Shown here piece by piece: positions 38,227 through 49,690 of a stretch of DNA of 64,000 nt. Source of the DNA: Eukaryota sp. GEM-RC1 (taxonomy: Eukaryota); assembly GCA_040285855.1 (NCBI GenBank), contig JAUFOQ010000016.1, positions 1,116,001 to 1,180,000 of the forward strand, in the 5' to 3' direction. Within the stretch, counting starts at the first letter, position 1. Each line of letters begins with the position of its first letter. Under the pieces are notes generated by a model that was not told the DNA's origin, did no database searches, and worked only from the letters and a program-made list of their open reading frames with translations. The translations under genes and the position numbers were made by a program.

Positions 38227-41200
38227 ATGAAGGTTGTGAAAAACGATTAGATAATGTTGTATCAAAGACCAAAGCGAATTGGATGGAATCTTGTGCTAAG
38301 AGAGCTCATCAAGTCAGAGTTCGTGGTACTCATATGTTGAAACATTTTTTCGTTACTAAGTTTCACAACTCACTAATTTTCGACAAGGTCAAAGAGATAC
38401 TACCTCCCACTGTTAAAGAAGAAATTGAAACAGACACAGAAGTTTCAGACACTGAACAAACAGAAATTTTAAGTGAAGAGTTTGTGCCTCAACAATTAGA
38501 AGAAGAAACTGAATTGCCTGTGACTTCAGACCCTGATTTTGGTTTGGATCGTACAATTGAATCCGAAATTTCAGAAGAAGACAGCCAAATTTTAGAAGAA
38601 GACAGTATTGAAAATGAAACTGGAGAACCTGAACTTGACCTTTTTACTAAAATTCAAATTACCAAATTTGAATTACCAGACTGGGGAGCTTACTTTAAGA
38701 AGGGTCCAATGGGACAACTGTTGGCCATGATGTGGATTCCAAATCACCAATTTTTCAACAGCACTGATCATATTAAAACTGTGGAAAACTCTTTAAACAA
38801 CATCATTTCTAATGCAAAAACAACAACTACAAAGAAGGAGTTCGCCCAACACTTCCTATCAAACTACATCCCTCTGTTAGAAACTGCTGGTGAAATGGTT
38901 GGTAAAGATAGGATCATGTTTCCAAGTGGACTTTATTTGTCTAACTCTCTCGGTTACGTTGCAACCGAAATTATTGCTAATTATAAGAACAACATGAGCC
39001 AACACTTTCATGAGTATGTTTTTCAAGTCTTTAACTTGGTTACTCAAAAGAAAGAGAGAGTGGAAGCTCTTACTGACAAAACCCAAAGACAAGAACTCTG
39101 TCAAAGGATTAATGAAGTTAGAGAATTGATCATTAATGGTGAAATTTCCAAAATTAATTTTGATGACAAGCAAGTTTTTACCAATCCGGAATCTCACTTG
39201 AGTATATTATTCTTCAATTATTTGTTTAATTATTTTGAAGGGAAGATGGAGAAAACGATCTACTATGCTGAAAAGAGTGATCCGTTATACTTTTTAAGTC
39301 ATGCATTATATTTGAACCGTCTCATTGAAGACTATTGTCCTGGTGTAAGAGCAAACAATCCTTTCCCGTTGTCTAAATCTTTAATTCCAAATCATATCAG
39401 GTTCGATACGCAATGGTTTCATACAATATTTCGCAGGGATATTCCCAATACTGTCAACTATAATGATGTATGGAAACTTATTTGGAATTCAGTATTAAAA
39501 CCTCAGGCTATTCCAGAGTCATTATCCTATGACTTTAAATACACTTCAATTTCGTCAGACGGTTTAAGTTGTAGTTTGTTGATGATGAGGAAAGATTTAC
39601 TTGATGAAAATGGAAATGCCCGTGAAAATGTTACAGCAGTTAATCTTGCTTCAAATGAGCGTTATATTGATTCCTTAAGTGAAGATGAAATTGAAGAACT
39701 GAATTTAAAATCTAAGAGAATTGTTGCTGTTGACCCCAACCAACATGATCTCATGTATTGTGCAAGTTTAAAAACTGATGAGGAAGAGGCATGTGAGAAA
39801 TTTGAAGTTGATGAAACAAAACAATTGATAGAAAATGGAATGACTAATGCTTGTGTTACAGAAGTTGATCTTGCTTCCAATGAACAATCTGTTGATTCCT
39901 CAGACGAGAAAGATGATTCCTCAGGTGAGAAGGAAATTGAGCCCAAGCCAGTTACCCCAACTAGAAAAAGAAAGATTGCTCCATTATCTTCTAAGAAAAG
40001 GGGAAGTTTGAAAAAATGAAAAAACAATTAAATGATTGGAAGCAAGACACTAACCCACAACCTGTAAAGTGGAAAAGGCGTGACAAATGGAAGGTGCTCC
40101 GATACACTGCTGGGGAGAGAAAGGCAGATATTAACAAATCTAGTTGGAAACCAAGAAAAAAATCAGCCATCACAGTTCCAAAAAAATTGACAAAGAAACA
40201 AAAAAAGAAAAAAAGCTAAAAAGGAACGAAAGAAAAAAAGAAATTTCAAAAACTTGAAAGAAAGCGCTGTAACAAAAACATTGTCGAATTGACTGAAAGT
40301 GAACGTTTACAGAGGTACTCAACTGAGTTTGAGAAGAGTGTGTGGAATGGTCAAAAAGTACTGGATTCCTACAGTTCTGATACTCCAAGAAGAAAATCAT
40401 GTAAATTGGAAGAATTTTCAAGGTACATGGTTAACAATGAAGTTTTCTGTGCATTAATGAGATCAACCACAACTGGAAAAGCAACTGCTGAAGGATTACC
40501 TAAAAGGAAAGGACCATCTAAGAATCTATCTAAGAAAGGACCATCAAAGAAACTACCTAAGACAGGACCAACTCAACAAATACCTGCTGCAGCTGAAGGT
40601 CTTTATGAAGAGAAATTTTTTAGACGTAGACGCCTTACCCAATATTCAAGAAAAGAACGAAGTGAACAAAACTTGGTCCACAGATTAGCTCTCCAATATG
40701 GTGATCCAGATGAAGTCGTTGTTGGTTTTGGGGATTGAAATGACACTCAATTCCGAAGAAGAAGGGGTAAGGCAAGTACAGTAAAAGGCGCTACTCTTCG
40801 AAACTTACTAAGAAAATTTGGATTTAAAGTTTTCTTAGTTGATGAATTTATGACAAGCAAATGTTGCTCTGCTTGTGCTGAAGAAAACCAGGAAGGTATC
40901 TGTTCCAATCCTGACTTTGTCAAAGTCATTGATCCTCTGTGGAAGAAGAAGTTACAGAAGGAGGAGAAGAAATTGAAAAAAGAAATTATGGAACACAATC
41001 AATTAGACAATGTTGTGAAACGTAATTTTGATGATGAATGGACCAAACAGTTGCCATTTTCGAAAGAAAGATTAAAGAGCAAAAAAGTCTCACCATGGGG
41101 CTTAGTTCAGTGTGCTAAATGTCATGTCCTCTGGAATAGAGACTTCAACTCTGCTATTAACATTTATAACATTGTAAATGGAATTATCCAAGGTCAAGGT

Positions 41201-41485
41201 AGACCTGCTGTCCTCGAGAGACCAAAATCTCAAACAATAACTATCGAGGATGGTGGGATTACAGATCAGGTTCCCAAGAAGAAGAAGAGTGTGAGTAAGT
41301 GTCAGTTTTGTCATATGGAAGGCCATACAACGGCAAAGTGTCCTCAAAGACATGTGCCTCCTAAAAGTCCTCGTACATGTACGATATGTAAACAACCAGG
41401 ACATGATAGAGGAAATTGCCCAAGTAAGGCCCAGAAAGATGTACCCAAAGACTCACAAGTAGAGAATGAAGAACCGGAATCCTGA
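38227..41485 (+). CDS. Fanzor1 (eukaryotic TnpB-like RNA-guided nuclease) with acidic/basic insertions and two C-terminal CCHC zinc knuckles; frameshifts in A-runs and one in-frame TGA
   Basis: YKNNMSQHF, FPL....PNHIRFDT, SDGLSCSL, RuvC-I IVAVDPN (D 39732), VVVGFGD[W], RuvC-II LVDEFMTSKCCSAC (E 40844), CAKCHVLWNRDFNSAINI (D 41141), GRPAVL, CQFCHMEGHTTAKC, CTICKQPGHDRGNC. Confidence 0.9.
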
Positions 41486-41489
41486 ATCT

Positions 41490-41590
41490 TATAAGTTAGC
41501 TCGTCCTAAAAGGCTTGCAAATGAGTGGCACAATGTGTCAAACTGTGGTGATAGTGCATTATGCATTTGAAATGAAATCCACAGTTTTAT
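41490..41590 (+). ncRNA. Candidate Fanzor omegaRNA scaffold / element right end
   Basis: Immediately after the stop. Stems GCTCGT..ATGAGT, TGGCAC..GTGTCA and AAACTGTGG(41540-48)/CCACAGTTT(41579-87). Contains the 15-mer shared with the second Fanzor. Confidence 0.55.
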
Positions 41591-41847
41591 CTCTTAAAGA
41601 TACATAAAGTCGTAAACAAAATTTACAATATTATTCCATGACATGGTCTTGAACCTCAAAGAGTTTCTTCAAAATTGGGTCGAAATACTGAAACATTGAA
41701 CGAAATATAGACAAAAAGAGACGATCCCTCCAAAAACTAATGTTAAACTTCTTGCCAAATTCACAATACAATTGATTAAAAGATGACAAACACGTTTGAG
41801 CTGCAGAAACCAAATTCCCATAAATAGAAATACCGAATGGTTGAAAC

Positions 41848-42375
41848 CAGGGCCTGGAAAAATTGAATTGATTGCCAATGTCAATGATTGGTATTTATCC
41901 AATGCCAATTCCAATATCTCCAATTGAACCAATCAATGTTTGAATGTTTCAAATGAAACCAATCAATGTTTGGATGTTAGATATCGGCCCAATCAATGTT
42001 TCAATGTTAAATATTGGTCGACATGATGTTTCAATGTTTGATATTGGTCAATGTTTCAAGTATTACCACTATTACTAGTAGTAGAACAACCAAATCATAC
42101 AAGATATTTATTTTGTTCATAAAGAACACGTTAAAACGACTATCTACATCAGCTGCATATTGGTATTTCTATTTGCAGTGTTGAGTGAAATAGCATAATT
42201 CGCAAAATATAATTGGCCAATGTTGCAATGTTTGAACATTATATAAATCAATGTTTCAATGATTTATGTTGAGCCAATCAATGTTTCAATGTTCTAAATT
42301 GAAATTGCGCCAATCAATGTTTCATACCAATGTATTGAAATAATTGTATTGGCAATTCAATTTTTCCAGGCCCTG
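41848..42375. mobile_element. MITE, TIR CAGGGCCTGGAAAAATTGAATTG, 9-bp TSD GGTTGAAAC
   Basis: Perfect 23-bp TIRs, perfect TSD, and subterminal CCAATCAATGTTT repeats. Confidence 0.92.
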
Positions 42376-43090
42376 GGTTGAAACACCAAAGCATTATTTT
42401 TTCGTGAATATAATTTAGAAAGAATTTTCTCACAATAACGAAGACATTTCTTACCTTCAGCATCATCCAAAGGTGACAATTCAATGAATTTTGAGAAATG
42501 TTTCAAAAATAGCACACTATCTGTAGCTTAATGGTGTTAATAATCCACCATTTGAAGTTGCTACAAAATTGAACAACAATAACCGATCCTTTTGCAAAAC
42601 AGAGTTTAATCGCTTTTCATTAGAATACCAGACCTCCTACTACAAGAGTATCATTGTCTGTTCGGTCTATGAGTCCACATATAGATATGTTGATTCTATT
42701 TTGGCCAAGTTGTTTGGTGGTAACTACGTGTCGGAATTGGCTAGTTCCTTTTAATAGTCTCTATTTATATTTAGTTTGTTGTTTTGTGGTTGTTTCAGCA
42801 CATACAAGTACGAGCAAACTCCTATAAATTCATTTGTTAAATTCACAACTCTTTTAAGCAAATTATACTGTTAAACTCATAGTTCATGTCCATATATACA
42901 CATAATATACGGTATATACAGACAATCTGTATCTACAGTGTATATAAAAATCACCAAGATGTTGGTTAACGGTCTATATTTGTATATGAGTTCATTTACA
43001 TGTTATACAAATGTTTATGAACTTGTCAGAGTCTACTGAATCACCAGACTGTATTTGTTTATTGTCAAGGACAAAGATTCAGGTCATTAA

Positions 43091-43720
43091 TAGAGTTGGC
43101 AATTGACGACGTCATGACGAGTCTTGACGATGTCAGGCCAAGTCGACGTGACGTGACTTCCAACAAAACCAAGTCACGTCATCGTCACGTCAAGTCACGT
43201 CATCGTCATCGTTACATGACTTTTGGAAGTAAATATATACATACATTTTTCCGAAACTTCTACTGGCTACAAATCATTCCATGAGTTCAAACAAAGTTGT
43301 GATTTTACAGAACTGTACTTCAAACGAGTTCTACTGTCGCAACTGTGAGACCTGCTTGTGTAAACAACCGTTCACTTGGTACGGATGAATTTTTTCGATT
43401 GACTTGACAGTTGCGCATCCATCAGTAGTGAGCGTAAGCGTTCCAAGCTTAGCATCATTGTTAGAGATGACAGTATTAATGAGTCTAAGTAATTTTTGAT
43501 AAGACTGGATTAATAAAAAAATGTGGAACTCCATCTTGTAGCAACATCTGATTTCTATCAACTATCCGTACTGATCCGACGTTCAATTCATCAGGGGCAT
43601 TCTTCAACTGTTGCTACAAATAATAGGACCTCTTCATTATGAACATAAACTTCGAGAGTTGCAAACACTGAGAAGCTTGATAAACGCATTTATGTAATAA
43701 TTTGAAGCAACACTGATTTG
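43091..43720 (-). mobile_element. Decayed hAT transposon (3' end plus transposase fragment)
   Basis: The minus strand near 43555-43500 reads KSDVATRWSSTFF. A TAGAGTTGGC end at 43091 carries CAAGTCACGTCATCGTCA subterminal repeats. Confidence 0.65.
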
Positions 43721-43869
43721 ATTATCTTCTAGTAACCACAATATGAGTCACACAATGATATCTATCATTTTTATACAAGAGAAGGAGTAAAGTAGCATTC
43801 ATGTGTAACAAATAACCCGTCATCAAATACAAAAAAAGAGTATAAATAAACAGACCCAAAAGTCATGAC

Positions 43870-46100
43870 CTACAGCTCCTTCAATCGCTCTGAGTGTTTC
43901 TAGATCTTTTAACGAGTTGAGGATTAAATTTTTTGCTTCATTGTTAAAAGTTGTTTCAACGTTACTTAGAAGTCACTTGTTTACTTCTGCTCACTTTGGT
44001 GGCATTGGTTTTACCAAATCGTCAATTTCGTGTAAATCTGCTTTTTTTAGGGGGCGGGAAAAACTTCATTTTGGAATTTTCTTATTCGATATCTCTGTGA
44101 ATTGCATTCCAAATGCATAAAGGCATTACTTGCACATTGTGTGAACAAATAAATGACCTCATTCGCAAAGACTTTTAGGACCAAATTCGTTCCCTAAACT
44201 ACTGCAACATTCGTGTCGAATTGACCGGATTTTTGGGGATTCACTTATTTCTGAGGCATTACAAGAAGGAGAAATTGGTTGCATGGGTTCTTCTTTTGGT
44301 TTGAACCATTCGGTATACGCTTCAAAAAGTTCAACATACTTGGCATAATTGTCAGAGTCATTAGCCAATGATACAATTGATTTCAATGCATACAAACAGT
44401 TTGATAGCAAAAACATATCAGTCTCTGACGGCAAAAGGAAGTGCTGATGTGCACTAAAAGCAATTTCAAACATGAAAAGATTCAACGACTTATAATGCTC
44501 ATTAAAGAATTTAAGACGGACTTGAGATTTACACATTTTGAGTGCTTCATAGAAGTAAAAATATCTTGAAATCAGACGATGTGTCCAAGAGTGTAAGCTT
44601 TGCGAGGTAGCAATAAAACAATCCCAATTTTTCAGTAATATCTGTAAATCAGGATCAGAAGATTCAGTATCAGAACCAGAACACATGTCTTTACGCGCGA
44701 AAATAATGTTGTCAATGTCGAAAACAAGATTTTGATAAGTAATACTAACTTTGGGGGTTGTATTACTGTTTTTTGCTATATCAAGGATTGCTTCACTGTT
44801 GTCGTGAAAATTCTGTAAAGAAAATTCATTGTTCTCCTTGTCATAAAATTGTACATGTCTGTTTTTAGCCAATTGTAGATGAAGCATTGTGAGAAGCATA
44901 TCAATCATTGCTTGCTTGTTAATCAAAACATTGTGATTCAACACATCATAGAAAAAATTAAAATCTTTTGCCATTGAAAATTGAAAAGGACAATCATGAA
45001 GTTGATGACCGGGTAAGAGACAACGTGGACACGGCGCAATAAATCTACAGAAACTCTTATCAGAAGTATAATCATCTACATTCAACAAGGGTTTGATCGG
45101 GGATGTTTCGTTAGGTTTATACATTTCATCAAAACATTTCTTCAACGATTGTAAAGTCGGATCGTTGGGTAAATCATAATTTATATAACATGAATCATAG
45201 AAGCGAGCTGATAACAAGTTTTCAATGTGAAAATAGGAGATATTATCTTGGGCAATTTCATAATCTTGAAGAATTTCTTTTAAGAAAGATCGATTAATAA
45301 TCCCATGTAACCGTTGAATTGACTGAGGGGCTTCATATGATAGTTCTGTCACCGTTTCGTTAAAGTGTTCGAAACAGTGGCAAATTTTGAAGTTTTGCTG
45401 CGGCCTGATGATGCAATGGGATGAACATTACAGCTGTGTGATAATCGACCACAGCGAATATGACTTTCAGATGGTTTATAAGTAGGTCTTGACTTTTTTT
45501 TGGTGGTGTAATTGAACTGACTGAGGTACTTGATTGAATGCTAGACGTTCGTCTTTTCTTTGGATATGGTGGTCCAGGATTTAGTTCGACATCTCCATGT
45601 ATTGACAAGTCTTGTTTCCATAGACTTGTAGACAACCAAATCTCTGTAACCGTCAGCACAAAAAGACATCGGGCGTTGAGAAGTGGAGGGGGGAGGGAAT
45701 TGGCATCAGAAGGAGGAGGTAACCAAATCTCTGTAACCGTCAGCACAAAAAAGACATCGGGTGTTGAGAAGTGGAGGGGGGAGGGAATTGGCATCAGAAG
45801 GAGGAGGTAACCAAATCTCTGTAATTGTCAGCACAAAAAGACATCGGGTGTTGAGAAGTGGAGGGGGGAGAGCTTTGAGAAGTGGAGGGCGGAGGGAATT
45901 GGCATCAGAAGGAGTAGGTAACCAAATCTCTGTAACCGTCAACACAAAAAGACATCGGGTGTTGAGAAGTGGAGGGGGGAGGGAATTGGCATCAGAAGGA
46001 GGAGGTAACCAAATCTCTGTAACAGTCAGCACAAAAAAAACATCGGGTGTTGATAAGTGGAGGGGGGTGGGCGTTGAGAAGTGGTGGAAGGAGGGATTCA
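43870..46100 (-). CDS. 2A-led protein, paralogue of the N-terminal half of the 24.4-32.0 kb gene, without a recognisable helicase; frameshifted or decayed
   Basis: 2A, PKKRR, HIRCGRLSH..HP..SG, FIAPCPRCLLPGHQLHDCPF, DMLLTMLHLQLA, QNLVFDI and SWTHRLISRYF all align with gene 1. Confidence 0.75.
45570..45611 (-). other. 2A/StopGo motif DLSIHGDVELNPG|P
   Basis: Canonical D(V/I)ExNPGP with a WKQDL lead-in. Confidence 0.9.
45634..46090 (-). repeat. 87-bp tandem repeat x ~5 (29-aa unit CLFVLTVTEIWLPPPSDANSLPPPLLNTR) upstream of 2A
   Basis: AACCAAATCTCTG anchors at 45634, 45721, 45809, 45920 and 46007. Confidence 0.95.
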
Positions 46101-46163
46101 CAGTTCATGAGATACTACTACATGTAGTAGTAGAGAAGAAATGCTTTCACACCCAGCTAATAC

Positions 46164-47741
46164 CATGGCCTGGAAAAATTGAACTGCCAATACAATTATT
46201 TGAATACATTGGTATGAAGCATTGATTGGTGCAATTTAAAACATTGAAACATTGATTGATATAATGTTCATACATCGAAACATTGGTCAATTAATATAAG
46301 TGAATCAGCCCTTTCACTCAAGACCACATAACAAATACCACAATACCAAATTTCAGCTATAAAATCTGACAAATATCATGGTAAATATGTTTTTAATAGT
46401 GATGGATGGATTAATCGAATTATGTTTGCTCTTTATAGACGAATTCCCAAGTATTTAAGTTCCGTTTATCCGAAGTTGTATCGGGACAATTCTCGTGTTG
46501 ATGTGGAGAATTTAACTTCTTTGATTTTTTGAATTAGTATGTATCGATATATTGTGGCAAATACACTTTTCATTTTTTTTTTAAATATATTAGTCCTAGA
46601 TATATTAGGTATATAGATGGGAGCCGGCTCAAAATTTGCTCACGGCTAAGCCGCAGGCATTAGCCAGCCGGCTGCGGCTTACAACGCATTTTAGCCAGCT
46701 CAAGCCGGCTAAAGCCGGCTCAGCCGCATGTTGGTTGATATATCAATAAAATGATTCAGAACCATTGTTAATGACAACTACACCGAGTATCAAAACGACA
46801 CAATGCTGATACTATTGATCAGTACATTCCAGTTTTCACAGATTTTACATGTCACATATTTTTGTGATTATCACTTATATACTTGACGGTTAGTTATCGC
46901 TTGAATCTGTGAAACAATCGAAACACCACTATAGAAATAGACACTGCGACAATGTACATAAGGCACTGAATGTACTATCAGTGCCCAAGAAAAACAGTAG
47001 GGCAATTATTTGACACATATCAACTATATTCACCAATTCTACTGTTGCTCGAACGTTGATAAACATTAGTAGCCCTAAACTGTTCTGTAAAGCGCTGTAA
47101 ATGATATTTTCGATTTCTAAATTCATCATTCGTTCTTTATTAGCTATGTTTTCTGAGAACCTAAAATATTCGGCTTGAGCCGGCTACAAATATATTTAGC
47201 CAGCCGGCTTGCAGCTGAAAATTTTTCTATTCTGGACCAGTCGGCTGGCTCGGCTAGCCGGCTCAGCCAACTAAATTGAGCCGGCTCCCATCTCTAATTT
47301 AGGTAGTAGAAACACAAACACAAATTTCTAGAGCTCGGCTACTTTTAGGGTATCGTGTGTCTTGTGATTCACTTGAGTTGCAGCTCTTCCGACTGTACAA
47401 TCAACACTTGTTTACTGAAACGGTGATGAGAGATGTACTGAACAAGGAACCAGTAGAAGTGGATGACGAGTTATTAGAAACATTAGATGTAGATAATCGT
47501 TTCAACTTGTCCTTTATGTAATAAACAAATAACTTTTATGATTTCCCTGTTCTACTACTAGTAGTAGCGGCTATAACAATAGCCATACAGGAAACATTGG
47601 ATCAATATCAAACATTGCAACATCATTTGAACCGATAAATAACATTGAAATATTGATTGGGACAATATAAAACATTGGAATTGGCATTGGTTAAAAACCA
47701 ATGATTGACATTGGCAATCAATTCAGCTTTTCCAGACCCTG
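46164..47741. mobile_element. Second copy of the CAGGGCCTGG MITE family (inverted orientation), 9-bp TSD AGCTAATAC
   Basis: Ends CATGGCCTGGAAAAATTGAA / TTCAGCTTTTCCAGACCCTG and a perfect 9-bp TSD. Confidence 0.88.
46612..47296. mobile_element. Nested MITE with TA(G/T)AGATGGGAGCCGGCTCAA TIRs
   Basis: 21-bp TIRs with one mismatch, AGCCGGCT subterminal palindromes, and imperfect flanking direct repeats TATTAGGTA/ATTTAGGTA. Confidence 0.8.
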
Positions 47742-47973
47742 AGCTAATACTAGTAGTAGACAAGTTGGCAAGAAAAATTTTCCTTGCCAATTTGGTATTA
47801 ATTCAACTGATCATACAAACCTGGATTTCTTCGATCTAAAACAACCATTGACTGTACAATTACCGATCTAAGTGTTCAATGTAACATTTGTGAAGACATA
47901 ACAACAATTTATATAAAAGGAATACCTTTAATTTGAGATTTTTATTTTCAGAAAAAATATAGTTGATCTGAAT

Positions 47974-48741
47974 CAGCAATGTAAAAATATCTTATTGTTA
48001 TCTTATTGTTTTTCTGACATTCAACAATAAATATATTGTCTGGATTGATATCTTATCTTATTTATTGGTTATCTTGAGTCGAAACAATAAATATTTCTTC
48101 AATAACGACAGTAACAAATCACTAAGAACAAGAATTTGATCACATTCATCAATTGTAGCCTGATTGTATTGAGGAGTGAGATACTTTATTAAATTTTCCA
48201 ATAGAAGTTTGATCCCACAGATCAACATTGTACAACAAGAACAGTTGCTTTCCTAACGCTTTTGAGTTCAAATTTGGTTTAGTGTTTCCTGAAGTCCTTC
48301 TTAGCTCTACTGAAAAGCATTCCAGATGTGAATGCTTTATTCGGTACCCAATAAGCTAACCTTCCTACAAAACTATGAGCATCCCATATTCATTTCTAGT
48401 TACAAGTATACAATATAAATCTATATATTTTAAATCTTGATTAGTTCGTTGCTGTTTACGTTTGTTCAATCTTTTGTTTGAGCCACCGTGACTGCATGCT
48501 CTCTGTTACTTTGGAGTTCAAATGCTTCAACACAATTCTACTTTTTTCTAAATTGACATCAAGATAAAATCAGGTTACAGAAAGAAAATGAATGTTCTTG
48601 AATTATGTTATCTTATTGAAATATATCGTATATTGTTGAGTTTTCAAGATAAATATATTGTGGAGAGAGAGTGTCACAATAAGATAACAATAAATATATT
48701 TATTGTTATTGAACAATATATTTATTTATTTTACATTCCTG
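47974..48741. mobile_element. hAT-type MITE
   Basis: TIRs CAGCAATGTAAAA / TTTTACATTCCTG, 8-bp TSD ATCTGAAT, and TATCTTATTG subterminal repeats. Confidence 0.8.
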
Positions 48742-49574
48742 ATCTGAATTAGTCTGAATCATAATAATTATTGTGAAAAGTGTAGTTGTTTTGAAAACCA
48801 ATTCTATATTTCATGGAATTGTATACAACACGCAATCATGCGTTAACAAGCCTGTGCCAAAACTGAAAAAGACAACAGTTACTATATTGCCTAAATTGCG
48901 ACCAAAACTATTGTCTCGAAATACTCTCAAACCAAATTCGAATTTACCTAGTTTGAAATTATCAAAAAAACATTTCAGATCATGAGGACACTGAATCTCT
49001 CAACAGAATACCTAATTCACTTGGTCTTCAGACAGACTTTGAAAACAACTTGAATAATACTCATAGTATTGCCATGCAGACAGAAACAAAGATTCTCACA
49101 GTTGTCCACGATATTGTACCACTGCACTGGAACCAAGATGATACAACATCAGACTGTCTTCCAAATATGAAATTGAAACTTCAGCTGTTAAAAGATTTAA
49201 ATTTAATGATGGTCAAAATTTTGAGTTTTAATTTGAATGATAGGAACAAGTACTTTAATGTTTCGTCATTGACCAATTTTTTGGTTGTGTCGATACTAGA
49301 CTTAAGTGATGAATTGGTTTGTGATGAACAATGTTTGGGCATATTGGAAGAATTTCGTGAAGTGATGTGTGAGTGTTATTGTGGGATTGGATTTAAGGAG
49401 TCGTATTCGTTGGCTATGATGTTTGCGAGAGTGATGGAGGGATATAGTAGTGTTAGTTAAGTTTGATAAATTGAGATTGTATATTTTATTGGTTGTTTTT
49501 AACTACATTACAAATAAAAAAACAAATTATCAGCAACAACAATTCAGTACCCATGCGACATTTTTATTGAGATG

Positions 49575-49690
49575 TATTCTCACCAAATGGTGTATGACCA
49601 GATGTTGTCATTACAAATGTTGTAGTTACAAATGTTGTCATTCCAAATGTTGTATTCTTATGGTTGCTCGACAGATGCTGTCATTCCTGA
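49575..49690 (-). repeat. Short inverted array of the same 15-bp unit seen at 24374-24747
   Basis: ATGTTGTCATTACAAATGTTGTAGTTACAAATGTTGTCATT is the reverse complement of the GTAATG/GTAACT units. Confidence 0.8.

Noticed and set aside
24443..41485. Endogenous RNA virus (2A + helicase + protease polyprotein)
   Set aside because: No RdRP or capsid motifs were seen. The helicase is cellular DEAH/RHA type and the protease is C48.
43330..43720. hAT fragments (here and at 53618-53800) as the Fanzor transposase
   Set aside because: They are short decayed relics outside the predicted Fanzor right ends, with their own termini.
24905..45611. 2A motifs as the start of non-LTR retrotransposon ORFs
   Set aside because: No APE endonuclease or reverse-transcriptase motifs follow any of the three.
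24374..46090. Tandem arrays near an RNA-guided nuclease read as CRISPR-like guide arrays
   Set aside because: Units are head-to-tail and near-identical with no unique spacers, so they are minisatellites.
48773..49460. ORF fragments here and at 57565-58210 and 2184-2396
   Set aside because: They look coding-like but are interrupted and have no recognisable motif, so no product can be supported.
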